DNA of 52,700 bases from Eubacteriales bacterium (lineage in GTDB: Bacteria > Bacillota > Clostridia > Oscillospirales > CAG-272). Positions 40,416 through 50,420 of this stretch are shown here, piece after piece. The first letter of the stretch is position 1. Each line of letters starts with the position of its first letter. A model generated the notes under the pieces. That model did no database searches and was not told the origin of the DNA. It saw only the letters and a list, made by a program, of their open reading frames with translations. The stretch is taken from NCBI GenBank assembly GCA_045536865.1, contig JAZSOK010000089.1:1-52700 (forward strand). The letters are read 5' to 3'. The position numbers and the translations under genes were made by a program.

Positions 40416-41498
40416 ATGAAAAAAACGTGGTACAGATGTGGCATGCTTGCCTGCATGCTTACGCTTCTTTTTGTGGTGTTGACTGCCTGCACGGGCGGCG
40501 CCGAGCCCATTCCCGCAGGAATGCAGGTGGTGGATTGCGAGGGCTTGCCCTATAAGGTCTATATGCCCGAGGCGTGGGAGGTCAAGCGTGTCGATGAGCA
40601 TATCGAGGCGGCAGTGACCGCATCAACGCCCGCCGCCATCACCGTTTATCATACAAAAACCGAGGCAACGGACGTATCCGCTTACGTAGAGAGCATGGTG
40701 CCGCGATTAGAGAAGCAGTACGGCGGTTTTCAGTTTGAAACGTCACCCGAGGCGTATACTCTGGGGGACGCGGACGGGCTATCCTTCACGTATAGCGGCA
40801 CGCTAAATAATGTTTTTTATCGTGTGTTTCAGGTGGTGGCGTTAAAGGACGGTCATGCGTATTTCGTGACCTTTGCCGCCGCCAAGACAGAAAACGGCAG
40901 AGATTTATTTGAGGAATATGCAGACGATGCCTACCGTGTGGCAAATGAATTTGTCTTTGTTGGCGGCGAAGCCACGCCCGATACGCCGAGCACGGAGGGC
41001 GAGGTTACCTTGACGGCGAAGGAATATGAGACCTATTCCTTGACGGTGCCTGCGGGCTTTTTGGACGAAAGTAAGGGCGCGGCGCTTATCGCGCGTGAGC
41101 CATTGCGCGGTGCCTCTGTGACAATGGTTTCCGAGACAACGGCGGCAAACACCTTTGAGGAATACTGGCGCGGTGTCCTAGATGCAGTTCTTGCGCTTTA
41201 TCCCGAAAGTGAAATTCCGCGCGCAAACAGTGAGGCGGCGGATGAAACGACCGAGGAAAACGCTTTGGCCTACGCCTATACGGAAACCAAACTTGACGGA
41301 TTGGCGGCGGAGCGCGTGGACTACGTACTGGTGACGGAGGCGGCGCGTTATCGCGTTGTCAAAATCGGTGTGGCGAGAAACTATCGCGTGTATATGTTGA
41401 CATTGACTCTCCCCGAAGAAGGGTATACCAAGGAGGAGGGCGATACACTGATCACCTCCGTTGTGAACTCCTTCCGCTTTGTAAAAGAAAACGGGTAA
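40416..41498 (+). CDS. hypothetical lipoprotein
   Basis: From ATG 40416 the sequence is MKKTWYRCGMLACMLTLLFVVLTAC with lipobox LTAC; the ORF track starts at 40353. I recognise no family. Confidence 0.6.
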   Translation: MKKTWYRCGMLACMLTLLFVVLTACTGGAEPIPAGMQVVDCEGLPYKVYMPEAWEVKRVDEHIEAAVTASTPAAITVYHTKTEATDVSAYVESMVPRLEKQYGGFQFETSPEAYTLGDADGLSFTYSGTLNNVFYRVFQVVALKDGHAYFVTFAAAKTENGRDLFEEYADDAYRVANEFVFVGGEATPDTPSTEGEVTLTAKEYETYSLTVPAGFLDESKGAALIAREPLRGASVTMVSETTAANTFEEYWRGVLDAVLALYPESEIPRANSEAADETTEENALAYAYTETKLDGLAAERVDYVLVTEAARYRVVKIGVARNYRVYMLTLTLPEEGYTKEEGDTLITSVVNSFRFVKENG

Positions 41499-41530
41499 TA
41501 GAGACAAGGCATACAAACAAAGGAAAAAAC

Positions 41531-42700
41531 ATGACAGATACGAAAACAATTTATCTTGACAACAGTGCGACAACGCCCATTTCAGAGGCGGCGCTTGACA
41601 CCTATTGCCGCGTCAGTCGGGAGCATTTTGGCAATCCCTCGTCCCTTCATAAGACGGGGTTGGATGCCGAGCATGAGTTGTGCCGTGCGCGGGAGGCCGT
41701 GATGACCTCGCTATGCGCAAGGGGCGGTCGCGTGATTTTTTTGGGCAGTGGCTCCGAGGCGAACAATTTGGCTATCTTCGGACGCATGGGTGCCAAGGCG
41801 CGCTATCACGGCAAAGCCATCGTCACAACGGCGGGCGAGCATGCTTCTGTCGGCATGCCGCTTGCGCGCTTAAAGGAGGAGGGCTTTACCGTTCGCGAGG
41901 TGAGCACGACGGGCGGTACGCTTGACAGGGCATCGCTTGAAGCGGCGCTTTTGCCCGATACGGTACTGTTGACCATGATGCTCGTCAACAATGAAACGGG
42001 CGCTCTATACGACGTAAAAGAGGCGGCGACCTTGATGAAGGCGCGTTGCCCCGATGCCGTTTTACATTGCGATGCGACACAGGCTTTTTTGAAAATTCCG
42101 TTCAGTCCTGCCGACCTCGGCGCGGACATGGTGACGGTCAGCGCACACAAGGTAGGGGGGCCGAAGGGCGTGGGCGCGCTTTGGATTTCCGATGCTCTCT
42201 TACGCGCAAAAGGTGTGCGCGCACACATTTTAGGCGGTGGTCAAGAGGAGGGCATGCGTGCGGGAACGGAAAACGTCCCTGCCATTGCCGCCTTTGGAAC
42301 GGCGTGCACGGAGGGGACGGCGACGCTCTCTGCAAGGGGGGAAAAACTGTCTTCGCTTCGTGACTGTCTTTTGGCAGGACTTTCGGCACGCATTCCCGAG
42401 ATTGTGCCCCTTTTGCCAAAAAAGGCGGCACCGCACATTTTGACGTTATGCTTGCCGCGCATCAAAAGCGAGGTCATGCTGCATTTTCTTTCCGCACGTG
42501 GCATTTCGGTGTCAAGCGGCTCTGCCTGCTCTTCGCATGGACGGCACGGCGCGCACCCGCTTTTGGCATTCGGTTTGGACGAAAAACAGGCGGACACCTG
42601 CATTCGCATCAGTTTTTCCGATAAAAACACCAATGAAGACGTTGACTGCCTGCTCGATGCGCTTTCGGTGGGTGTGCAGTCCCTATCAAAAATGAAATAA
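41531..42700 (+). CDS. cysteine desulfurase (NifS/IscS class)
   Basis: 389 aa with the PLP-lysine motif SAHKVGGPKGVGAL and the C-terminal active-site loop SSGSACSS. Confidence 0.88.
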   Translation: MTDTKTIYLDNSATTPISEAALDTYCRVSREHFGNPSSLHKTGLDAEHELCRAREAVMTSLCARGGRVIFLGSGSEANNLAIFGRMGAKARYHGKAIVTTAGEHASVGMPLARLKEEGFTVREVSTTGGTLDRASLEAALLPDTVLLTMMLVNNETGALYDVKEAATLMKARCPDAVLHCDATQAFLKIPFSPADLGADMVTVSAHKVGGPKGVGALWISDALLRAKGVRAHILGGGQEEGMRAGTENVPAIAAFGTACTEGTATLSARGEKLSSLRDCLLAGLSARIPEIVPLLPKKAAPHILTLCLPRIKSEVMLHFLSARGISVSSGSACSSHGRHGAHPLLAFGLDEKQADTCIRISFSDKNTNEDVDCLLDALSVGVQSLSKMK

Positions 42701-42746
42701 GCGGGCGGCGTTTTTGCCGACACCCGACAAACGAAAGGATATACAT

Positions 42747-44000
42747 ATGAAAACCTCTTGCTTTTCCGCTGCCGATATTCTTTTGCCCGATTTTTCCAAA
42801 ACGGACGGAACAAAATGGGCGGTGATTGCCTGTGACCAATACACGAGTGAGCCTCATTACTGGGAGGGCGTTGCCGATTACGTGGGCAAGGCACCTTCAA
42901 CGCTTTCGTTAATTCTCCCCGAGTTGTACCTTTCCGATCGCCGTGCAGAGCGTGTGGCGGAAATCAACGCGCAAATGGAAAAGGCCCTGCAAACGGTGCT
43001 TTGCGAGCATAAAAACAGTATGATTTATTTGCGCCGTACGTGCCAAAACGGCACGGTTCGTTCGGGACTTGTCGGCAAACTTGATTTGACGGCATACAGT
43101 TTTTCGCCCGAGGATAAGGCGCTTGTGCGCGCAACGGAGGGAACGGTCATTTCCCGTATTCCGCCACGCGTAGAGGTGCGCCGCGGCGCACCTATCGAGT
43201 TGCCCCACGTCATGCTTTTGACAGACGATCCACAGGATGAGTTACTCGCACCCTTGGCGGCAAACAGGGAACAGTATGCGCTTGCATACCGCTTTCCTCT
43301 GCAAGCGGGCGGCGGCGCGGTCGAAGGGTGGTTTTTGCCCGCATCCGAAATTGAGCGCGTGAACCGCGTGCTTCTTGGGCGCGAGGCGGCAGGTGGCGAG
43401 ACACCTTTTCTGTTTGCCGTGGGTGATGGCAATCACTCTTTGGCATCGGCAAAGGCGCATTACGAGGAAATCGCCAAGAATTTGACACCCGAGGAGGCGG
43501 CGGTTCATCCCGCACGGTATGCGCTTGTTGAACTTGTAAACATTCATGACGCTTCTTTGCATTTTGAACCGATTTATCGCGTGGCTTTCCATGCGGACAA
43601 GACGTTACTCTCCGAACTTGCCGCTTATGCCGAGGCATGCAAGAAAGACAAGGCGTGCGAGGCAAACGGCAAGCAGACGATTCATTACGTGACAAAGGAC
43701 GAAGAAGGCGATATTGTCTTTGAGGCGGGCGCGCACTCTCTGACCGTGGGAAGTCTGCAAATTTTCCTCGACGCATATTGCAAGACACACCCCGAGGTGG
43801 AAGTTGACTACATTCACGGCGAGGATTCACTTCGCGCTTTGGCAAAGAACGAGGGGGCGATAGGGTTTCTCTTTGACGGCATGCAAAAGGATGAACTGTT
43901 TTCTTCCGTTGCAAAGGACGGCCCATTACCGCGCAAGACCTTCTCCATGGGCGAGGCATATGACAAGCGCTATTATTTGGAGGCGCGTCGTATTCGATGA
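42747..44000 (+). CDS. DUF1015-family protein
   Basis: ATG 42747 follows AAAGGA. The N-terminal region (ADILLP...WAVIACDQYTSEP) and the FAVGDGNHS motif fit DUF1015, from memory. Confidence 0.7.
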   Translation: MKTSCFSAADILLPDFSKTDGTKWAVIACDQYTSEPHYWEGVADYVGKAPSTLSLILPELYLSDRRAERVAEINAQMEKALQTVLCEHKNSMIYLRRTCQNGTVRSGLVGKLDLTAYSFSPEDKALVRATEGTVISRIPPRVEVRRGAPIELPHVMLLTDDPQDELLAPLAANREQYALAYRFPLQAGGGAVEGWFLPASEIERVNRVLLGREAAGGETPFLFAVGDGNHSLASAKAHYEEIAKNLTPEEAAVHPARYALVELVNIHDASLHFEPIYRVAFHADKTLLSELAAYAEACKKDKACEANGKQTIHYVTKDEEGDIVFEAGAHSLTVGSLQIFLDAYCKTHPEVEVDYIHGEDSLRALAKNEGAIGFLFDGMQKDELFSSVAKDGPLPRKTFSMGEAYDKRYYLEARRIR

Positions 44001-44476
44001 TTGCATTGACCATATTGACGGTGGGGACGGTTAAAGAGCCCTACCTACGACAGGGAATTGACGAGTACGTCAAGCGGCTTTCTGCCTACGCAACGGTAGA
44101 TATTCGTGAAATACGCGAGGAAAAGATTGCAAACGAGCAGAATGTGGCGGAAGTTCGCACGGCACTGATAGCAGAGGGTCAAAAACTGTTGGCGGCGGCC
44201 CCGAAGGGCGCGTATCGCGTGGCACTTTGCGTGGAGGGCAAACTTCTTGCCTCCGAGGAACTTGCCGCGTGCATTGACCGCGCGGTGAGCGAAACGGGAA
44301 AAATCTGCTTTTTTATCGGTAGTTCGCACGGGCTTTCGGATGAGGTCAAGCATGCCGCCGATTTGCGCCTGTCCGTGTCGCCACTCACCTTTCCGCATCA
44401 ACTCATGCGCCTCATATTAACGGAGACGCTCTATCGCTCCATGACCATTTTGGCAGGGAAAACGTATCATAAATAA
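43997..44476 (+). CDS. rlmH: 23S rRNA (pseudouridine1915-N3)-methyltransferase
   Basis: 159 aa. LTVGTVKEPYLRQGIDEYVKRL...FFIGSSHGL...LSVSPLTFPHQLMRLIL is the SPOUT RlmH pattern. Confidence 0.92.
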   Translation: MIALTILTVGTVKEPYLRQGIDEYVKRLSAYATVDIREIREEKIANEQNVAEVRTALIAEGQKLLAAAPKGAYRVALCVEGKLLASEELAACIDRAVSETGKICFFIGSSHGLSDEVKHAADLRLSVSPLTFPHQLMRLILTETLYRSMTILAGKTYHK

Positions 44477-44559
44477 AAAATGCGCGCCGAGTTTCGGTAC
44501 ACGGGCGCATGGCGATAGGCAAGTCTTATTTTCAAAAACAAAAAGAATTGCATAAAATA

Positions 44560-44606
44560 AGAGGATATGAATTTGTACCGTGCAAATTCATATCCTCTGT
44601 TTTTTA
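44560..44606. terminator. bidirectional intrinsic terminator
   Basis: 16-bp stem AGAGGATATGAATTTG/CAAATTCATATCCTCT followed by GTTTTTT. Confidence 0.85.
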
Positions 44607-44626
44607 ACCTTACAGATGAAAAGTCG

Positions 44627-45595
44627 TTATGCCCAATGGATAGAACCCGGTTTCGGGTTTCTGATGATTGATTCGCGAAGGAACTCAACGGCGTGGGTAA
44701 GTCCCTCTTCGGTCGTCATCAAACTGTCCTCGTGCTCAATGCTCATCACTTTGTCGTAGCCGACAAGACGGAGCGCGGAAATCATATCACGCCAGTAATC
44801 AAGGCCGTTGCCGTAGCCGACCGTACGGAAGATCCAAGAGCGATGCGCCTCATCCGTGTAGGGTTTTGTGTCGAGAACGCCGCACTTTGCGGTGTTATAC
44901 TTATCAATTTTCGTGTCCTTTGCATGGAAGTGGTAGATAGCCCCTTCAAGTTCACGGATAGCGGCAACGGGATCGATGCCCTGCCAAATGAGGTGAGAGG
45001 GATCGAAGTTTGCACCGATGACGTCACCGACTGCACGGCGCAGACGGAGAAGTGTTTCGGGGTTGTAGACGCAGAAGCCGGGGTGCATCTCAAAGGCGAT
45101 TTTGGTAACGCCGTGAGACTTGGCAAATGCGGCGGTCTTCTTCCAGTAGGGAATCAGTACTTTTTTCCATTGGTAGTCAAGGATTTGCAGAAAATCCTCT
45201 GGCCAAGGGCAGGTCACCCAGTTGGGGGTCTTATCGCGAGAGGAACCGCCGGGGCAACCCGAGAAGGTGATGACGGTGTCAATGCCGAGTTTTTCGGCAA
45301 GCAACACGGCGTCCTCAAAGTCGCTTTGGAAAGCGGCGGCAATGTCGCGGTTCGGGTGGATGGCGTTTCCGTGTACGGAAAGCGCGCAAATCTCAATGCC
45401 GTGAAGGGCGAAGGTTGCCTTGAAATCGGCAAGAGCCTTGTCGTCTGCAAGAAGTTTTTTGGGATTGCAATGTGCATTGCCGGGGTAACCGCCACAACCG
45501 ATTTCCACACAGTCAATGCCGAGTTTTTCAAATTTGGCAAGAGCCTCGTCAAGAGAAAGATTGCCGAACAGGTTGGTCAATACACTCAGTTTCAT
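44627..45595 (-). CDS. sugar phosphate isomerase/epimerase (xylose-isomerase-like TIM barrel)
   Basis: 322 aa with the AP-endonuclease-2/TIM-barrel family look (LGIDCVEIG..., FEMHPG, EHED). Confidence 0.8.
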   Translation of the reverse strand: MKLSVLTNLFGNLSLDEALAKFEKLGIDCVEIGCGGYPGNAHCNPKKLLADDKALADFKATFALHGIEICALSVHGNAIHPNRDIAAAFQSDFEDAVLLAEKLGIDTVITFSGCPGGSSRDKTPNWVTCPWPEDFLQILDYQWKKVLIPYWKKTAAFAKSHGVTKIAFEMHPGFCVYNPETLLRLRRAVGDVIGANFDPSHLIWQGIDPVAAIRELEGAIYHFHAKDTKIDKYNTAKCGVLDTKPYTDEAHRSWIFRTVGYGNGLDYWRDMISALRLVGYDKVMSIEHEDSLMTTEEGLTHAVEFLRESIIRNPKPGSIHWA

Positions 45596-45640
45596 TTCAT
45601 AATTCCTTTCAGATTATATGTTTTTATAGATACGGAGACG

Positions 45641-46987
45641 TTACGGTGTCAAGCGTTCCACGTCGCGGGGGAACAGGGTTGCCAAGCGGATATTATCCAA
45701 CTTTAAGAGTTTCATGGTGAAGCGTTCAAGGCCAATGCCGAGACCGCCGTGCGGAGGCATGCCGTACTTGTGCATCATGAGATACGATTCAAATTGAGAA
45801 ACGTCCATGCCGAGGCGCTGCATCTTTGCAAGTTGGGCGTCGTAGTTGTGAATGCGTTGACCGCCCGTCGTGATTTCACTACCGTTTAAGAGCAGGTCAA
45901 AGGAGCAGGTGTAGTTTTGGTCCTCGGGATCGTCCATGGTGTAGAAGGGACGTTTTTTGGTGGGATAGTGGGTGACGAAGACGAGTTCGCTACCGTACTT
46001 TTTCTTAAAGAGGTCGCCTATCAACTTTTCTTCCTCGGGCTCCAAATCAAATTCGGAACGGAACTCACGCTTGTACTGCTTGGCGACCATTTCCTTTGCC
46101 TCGCTAAAACGAACCTTGGGAATTTCGTCAAAGACGGGGAGTTTCACGTTTAAGAGGGCAAGTTCGGGGGCGCAATGCTCGGTCACATAGTCGAAGACCG
46201 TGCGGAGCGCGCGCGCCTCGGCAAGCATGATGTCCTCAAAGGAACGGATGAAGCCCATTTCCAGGTCGATGCCTTGGAACTCCGTAATATGACGGTTTGT
46301 GTGGCTCTTTTCCGCGCGGAAGACGGGGCCGATGGTGAATACCTTTTCAAAAACGCCCACCATCATTTGCTTGTAGGTTTGCGGGCTCTGGTTCAAAAAG
46401 GCACCCTGACCGAAGTAATCGACGGAGAACATGTCCGCGCCGCCCTCGGCGCCCACGGAAACGATTTTAGGCGGAACGATTTCGGTAAAGTCGTTTTCCG
46501 CAAAAAACTTGCGGAAGCCTGCCTGAATTGCCGCACTGATTTTGAAGATGGCGCGCTCGGAGGGATTGCGCAAAGAAATGGGACGGTAGTCCAGTCTCAT
46601 GTCCATGCCGAGGTCGAGTTTGGCTTTGTTGAGAACAAAGGGCAACGGCTCGTGCGGACGGGATAAGACGGTAACGTCACGAAGTCCGAAATCATAGCCG
46701 ATTTTGGAGCGCTCTTCAACGATAAGAACGCCTGTCATGCGGACAAAATCGCCCTCTGCAATTGCATCGAGAGGGAAGGTTGCCGTTTTCGGATCGTAAA
46801 CACCTTGTAAAAGGCGGCGGCCCGTACGGAGAATGACGAAAGCAAAATCGCTCATATCGCGGATGCGGTGGATGCAGCCCTCCACCGTGACGGTGGTGCC
46901 GTCTTGGACCTCGCGCCGTTCTAATTTGGCGTAGAGGTCTTCAAATTCGTTAAAATTTCTGTCGGAATGAATGTTGATGACGTCCAT
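45641..46987 (-). CDS. aspS: aspartate--tRNA ligase, archaeal/type-2 form (possibly non-discriminating)
   Basis: 448 aa, class II motifs. The C-terminal GGLGIGLERFTMKLLKLDNIRLATLFPRDVERLTP (FPRD..RLTP) favours AspRS over AsnRS. Confidence 0.82.
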   Translation of the reverse strand: MDVINIHSDRNFNEFEDLYAKLERREVQDGTTVTVEGCIHRIRDMSDFAFVILRTGRRLLQGVYDPKTATFPLDAIAEGDFVRMTGVLIVEERSKIGYDFGLRDVTVLSRPHEPLPFVLNKAKLDLGMDMRLDYRPISLRNPSERAIFKISAAIQAGFRKFFAENDFTEIVPPKIVSVGAEGGADMFSVDYFGQGAFLNQSPQTYKQMMVGVFEKVFTIGPVFRAEKSHTNRHITEFQGIDLEMGFIRSFEDIMLAEARALRTVFDYVTEHCAPELALLNVKLPVFDEIPKVRFSEAKEMVAKQYKREFRSEFDLEPEEEKLIGDLFKKKYGSELVFVTHYPTKKRPFYTMDDPEDQNYTCSFDLLLNGSEITTGGQRIHNYDAQLAKMQRLGMDVSQFESYLMMHKYGMPPHGGLGIGLERFTMKLLKLDNIRLATLFPRDVERLTP

Positions 46988-47063
46988 AGTTTTATTCCTT
47001 TATTATTTAAGTCAATCCATAGGGGATGTGCTTTTTACATTTTAGCATGAAAAAGTCTTGTTG

Positions 47064-48086
47064 TCAACTGTTTTTAGGAGAATCAAGGGCGGCAATTAAG
47101 GCGGGGCGCACGGTTTCCCATGCCGTTTCGGCATCGGGTGCAAGGAGTGTCATTCCTGCCGCCAAACGGTGACCGCCGCCGCCAAAGGAGGCGGCAACCG
47201 ATGCGACGTCCGCAGAACGGGCGCGCAAGGAAATTTTGTATTTACCAGGCTCTATTTCCGTTTCGCGGACGACGGCGGCAATTTCCACCCCTTCGAGCGA
47301 ACGGACAATGTCAACGGCGGTTTCAAAATACTCGTCGCGCAGACCTGCCGCTTCACGTTCCTTGCCCGTAATGCCAATGTGGGCAAGACGGCCGTCGCAT
47401 TCGGCGGTCAGTTTTTGAAGTGCGATGGCTTCCGCACGCAAGAGTTCTTTGGATTTCGTATCAAACAAAAGACGGTTGATGTCCGCCGCGTGGGCACCGC
47501 GCGCCAAAAGCGTAGCGGCGGCGCGATGCGTTTCGGCGGTGGTGTTTTGAAAACGGAAGCAACCCGTATCAGAGGCGATGGCGGCATAAAGGCCGTCAAT
47601 GCAGGCGGTGGGAATTTCTTCAATCATTCCTTCGTTTTCCATAAGATAGAGAAGGGAGAAAAGCACTTCGCCTGCCGCCGAGGCGTGCGGTAAAATGAAA
47701 TTGTCGGCAAATTGCTCGCCGCGCTCGTGATGGTCAATTTGAAGATGAGGGGCAAGGGATGATTTCTCCAAAAAGGTGCGGATAGCGCCGAGTTGGGGAC
47801 GGGATGCCACGTCAATGGAAATGATGGTATCAAACGTGTGCGCGGCAAGTTCATCGACAGTACAGACGGCGATGCCTTCCGTCAAGAAGGTCAATCGGGT
47901 GGGCAGTGCATCGTCGGGTGAGCAAAGAAGTGCGCTTTGCCCGCGCGAGGCAAAGAAATGGCAGAGTGCCGCGCCCGAGCCGATGGCATCCCCATCGGGG
48001 CGGGTGTGGATGAGAACCAAAGGATTTTTGGCATCAAGAAGCCGCTTGGCCGTGCTCTCTGCCGTCAGGGCGGTGTATGAGGTCAT
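47064..48086 (-). CDS. nrnA: DHH/DHHA1 phosphoesterase (NrnA-type oligoribonuclease / pAp phosphatase)
   Basis: HTRPDGDAIGS, DHH-type motifs and C-terminal GGGGH. I favour ATG 48086, 9 nt after AAAGGA; the ORF track's 48185 start overlaps rbfA. Confidence 0.8.
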   Translation of the reverse strand: MTSYTALTAESTAKRLLDAKNPLVLIHTRPDGDAIGSGAALCHFFASRGQSALLCSPDDALPTRLTFLTEGIAVCTVDELAAHTFDTIISIDVASRPQLGAIRTFLEKSSLAPHLQIDHHERGEQFADNFILPHASAAGEVLFSLLYLMENEGMIEEIPTACIDGLYAAIASDTGCFRFQNTTAETHRAAATLLARGAHAADINRLLFDTKSKELLRAEAIALQKLTAECDGRLAHIGITGKEREAAGLRDEYFETAVDIVRSLEGVEIAAVVRETEIEPGKYKISLRARSADVASVAASFGGGGHRLAAGMTLLAPDAETAWETVRPALIAALDSPKNS

Positions 48087-48114
48087 AAGTGACATCCTTT
48101 CGATGGCGGTGAAA

Positions 48115-48510
48115 TTATTCGCCGTCCTCTTGTTCGTTTTGGGCATCGGCTTCGGGGGCGTTGCGTGCGACGCGCTCGTCTTCAATTTGCTTCAAGAGCG
48201 TGGCAATGCGCGCGCCGTGAGAAATGGAGGAGTCGTGGCAAAAGGTGAGTTGGGGAGTGAGCCGCAAATTGAGCGTTTCTGCCAAATGATGGCGCAAAAC
48301 GCCGCTTGCACGGCTAAGACCGAGCGAAACCTCATCGGGGTCATCCATTGTGGAAAAATAGATTTTCGCTTGTTTTAGGTCGGGGGTGACCTCGGCGCGG
48401 GTAATACTGATCAAAGCGGTACTGACACGCGGATCGCGCACCTTTCCGAGTGCGATGGACAATTCGTTGGCAATGGCCTCGTTTAAGCGGCCCTGTCTGT
48501 ATTTTGGCAT
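48115..48510 (-). CDS. rbfA: ribosome-binding factor A
   Basis: 131 aa. RQGRLNEAIANELSIALGKVRDPRV...ITRAEVTPDLKQAKIY is canonical RbfA, with an acidic C-terminal tail. Confidence 0.92.
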   Translation of the reverse strand: MPKYRQGRLNEAIANELSIALGKVRDPRVSTALISITRAEVTPDLKQAKIYFSTMDDPDEVSLGLSRASGVLRHHLAETLNLRLTPQLTFCHDSSISHGARIATLLKQIEDERVARNAPEADAQNEQEDGE

Positions 48511-48564
48511 GATTTCGTGCGCTGTTTGCGCATCCTTTCTAATAATGGTTCTTTGTTTTTTCGG

Positions 48565-49353
48565 TTAATAAGATTCAATATTGATTTTGCAGAGGGGCAC
48601 ATCAAAGCGTTTGCCAAGAAAGATGGAGGCAATATCGCGAAAGTTTTCGGGGTTGTCGCTAACGTAACAGGAAAGAGCGCCGTGCCCCTTCGTCGCTTCG
48701 GCAGGTAAAGTATCGGCAAGTGCGCGCGCCGCCTCCAAGCCACTGTTTATCAAGGTGACGTTCGGCAGGATTTTTTGAATGCAGGGCGCGATGATGGGGA
48801 AGTGCGTGCAACCGAGAATTAAGGTGTCCGCGCCAAAGGCGGCGATGGGTTCAAGATAGCGGCGCGCCACTTCCAACGTGACGTTGTCGTTTTCGTCAAT
48901 GAAGCCGTTTTCTACGAGAGGTACGAATAAAGGGCAGGCTTCACCCATTGTCTTAATGTCGGGCGAAAGACGGTGTAGCGCCTTGTCAAAGGAGCCGCTT
49001 TTGATGGTGGCGCCCGTACCGATGATACCGACGCGACCGTTTTTGGTGGTTGCAACGGCGGCGCGCGCGGCAGGCTCTACCACACCGATGATGGGAAATT
49101 GACAAAAGGAACGGAGTGTATCAAGCGCAACGGAACTGACGGTACCGCAGGCGGTTAAGACTGCTTGCACCTTCATTTCCGCCAAAAAGTGCATGATTTG
49201 GGTGGCGTAGTGGACGATGGTATCGTTTGAACGCGGGCCGTAAGGCACGCGCCCCGTATCACCGAAGTATACAAAATCTGCATCGGGCAACAACTGTCGT
49301 GCCGCGCGCAGGGCGGTCAGACCGCCGAGGCCGCTGTCAAAAACACCGATCAT
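48565..49353 (-). CDS. murI: glutamate racemase
   Basis: ATG 49353 overlaps the ddl stop (ATGA). Motifs VFDSGLGGLT and LGCTHFP carry the two catalytic Cys. Confidence 0.93.
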   Translation of the reverse strand: MIGVFDSGLGGLTALRAARQLLPDADFVYFGDTGRVPYGPRSNDTIVHYATQIMHFLAEMKVQAVLTACGTVSSVALDTLRSFCQFPIIGVVEPAARAAVATTKNGRVGIIGTGATIKSGSFDKALHRLSPDIKTMGEACPLFVPLVENGFIDENDNVTLEVARRYLEPIAAFGADTLILGCTHFPIIAPCIQKILPNVTLINSGLEAARALADTLPAEATKGHGALSCYVSDNPENFRDIASIFLGKRFDVPLCKINIESY

Positions 49354-50420
49354 GTACGTGATGCCTCCTCTATCAATAGTTCTGTCAAGCGCGAAAAGGG
49401 AATGCCACACGTCTCCATAAGTTTGGGATACATGCTAATGGAGGTAAAACCGGGCATGGTATTGATTTCATTAAAAAGAACACGGCCTTCGCCCGTTACA
49501 AAAAAGTCAACACGTGACAAATGACGGCAACCGAGGGCGGTAAAGACGGTTGCGGCGTAATCGGAGACGGTTTTTAAGAGTTCCGACGGCAAGCGCGCGG
49601 GAATATAGGTGCGTGCGCTCGTGCTTTTGTATTTGGTATCGTAGTCGTAAAAGGCGGCGCACGGCTCGATTTCACCGGGGACCGACACTGTCAGTTTGCC
49701 TCCGTTTTCAAGGACGGCAACCTCAATTTCCCGTCCGCAAATAAATTCCTCCGCCAACACGCGCGTATCAACTTTGGCGGCATCAAGGAGTGCTTTTGAG
49801 AGGGCGGCACGGTCATCGGCGCGGAAAGCACCGACGGAACTGCCCGAATTAACGGCCTTAATAAATACAGGATATGTTGGAAAGCGCTCTTCGATACGGC
49901 AGAGGCAGTGCTCGTGCGTTTTGCCGTCAACAATTTCTTCACGGGAAAAGAGCAACCAATCGGCAACGGGAACGCCGACCGATTGTGCAATGAGTTTGGC
50001 GTTTGCCTTGTCCATGCCGAACACGGAGGCGGCGCAACCGCACCCGACGTAAGGGATGCCGAGCGTGTCAAGAAAGCCCTGCAAGCGGCCGTCCTCACAG
50101 TTTTGACCGTGCAAAACGGGGAAGATGACGTCGGGGTGAAGCACGGTATCACCTGCACGCAGACAGGTGCCTTTGCGCGAAAGCGTGACGGACAGGGGCG
50201 ACAGTAATGCGTCGTAGTTTAACCAAGTGTCATTTTCCAGTTCGGCGACATCTCCCGAAAAGAGGAGCCAATCTCCCTTTTTGGTGATGCCGACAAGATA
50301 CGTTTGGATATCCTTCGGTAGGTGGCGGCAGACTGCGGCGGCAGAGCGAAGAGAAACCTCGTATTCGTTACTGACACCGCCAAATAAAACGAGAACAGTT
50401 TTCATAGGAGCAAATCTCAC
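49350..50420 (-). CDS. ddl: D-alanine--D-alanine ligase
   Basis: ATP-grasp fold with VLFGGVSNEYEVSLRSA. GTG 50420 (GGAG 4 nt upstream) overlaps the prmC stop; an alternative ATG lies at 50405. Confidence 0.93.
   Translation of the reverse strand: MRFAPMKTVLVLFGGVSNEYEVSLRSAAAVCRHLPKDIQTYLVGITKKGDWLLFSGDVAELENDTWLNYDALLSPLSVTLSRKGTCLRAGDTVLHPDVIFPVLHGQNCEDGRLQGFLDTLGIPYVGCGCAASVFGMDKANAKLIAQSVGVPVADWLLFSREEIVDGKTHEHCLCRIEERFPTYPVFIKAVNSGSSVGAFRADDRAALSKALLDAAKVDTRVLAEEFICGREIEVAVLENGGKLTVSVPGEIEPCAAFYDYDTKYKSTSARTYIPARLPSELLKTVSDYAATVFTALGCRHLSRVDFFVTGEGRVLFNEINTMPGFTSISMYPKLMETCGIPFSRLTELLIEEASRT

Noticed and set aside
46988-47063. Expected T-box leader upstream of aspS.
   Set aside because: Only ~75 nt separate aspS from the upstream nrnA stop. 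That is too short for a T-box, and no specifier/T-box sequence is visible, so aspS is probably co-transcribed.
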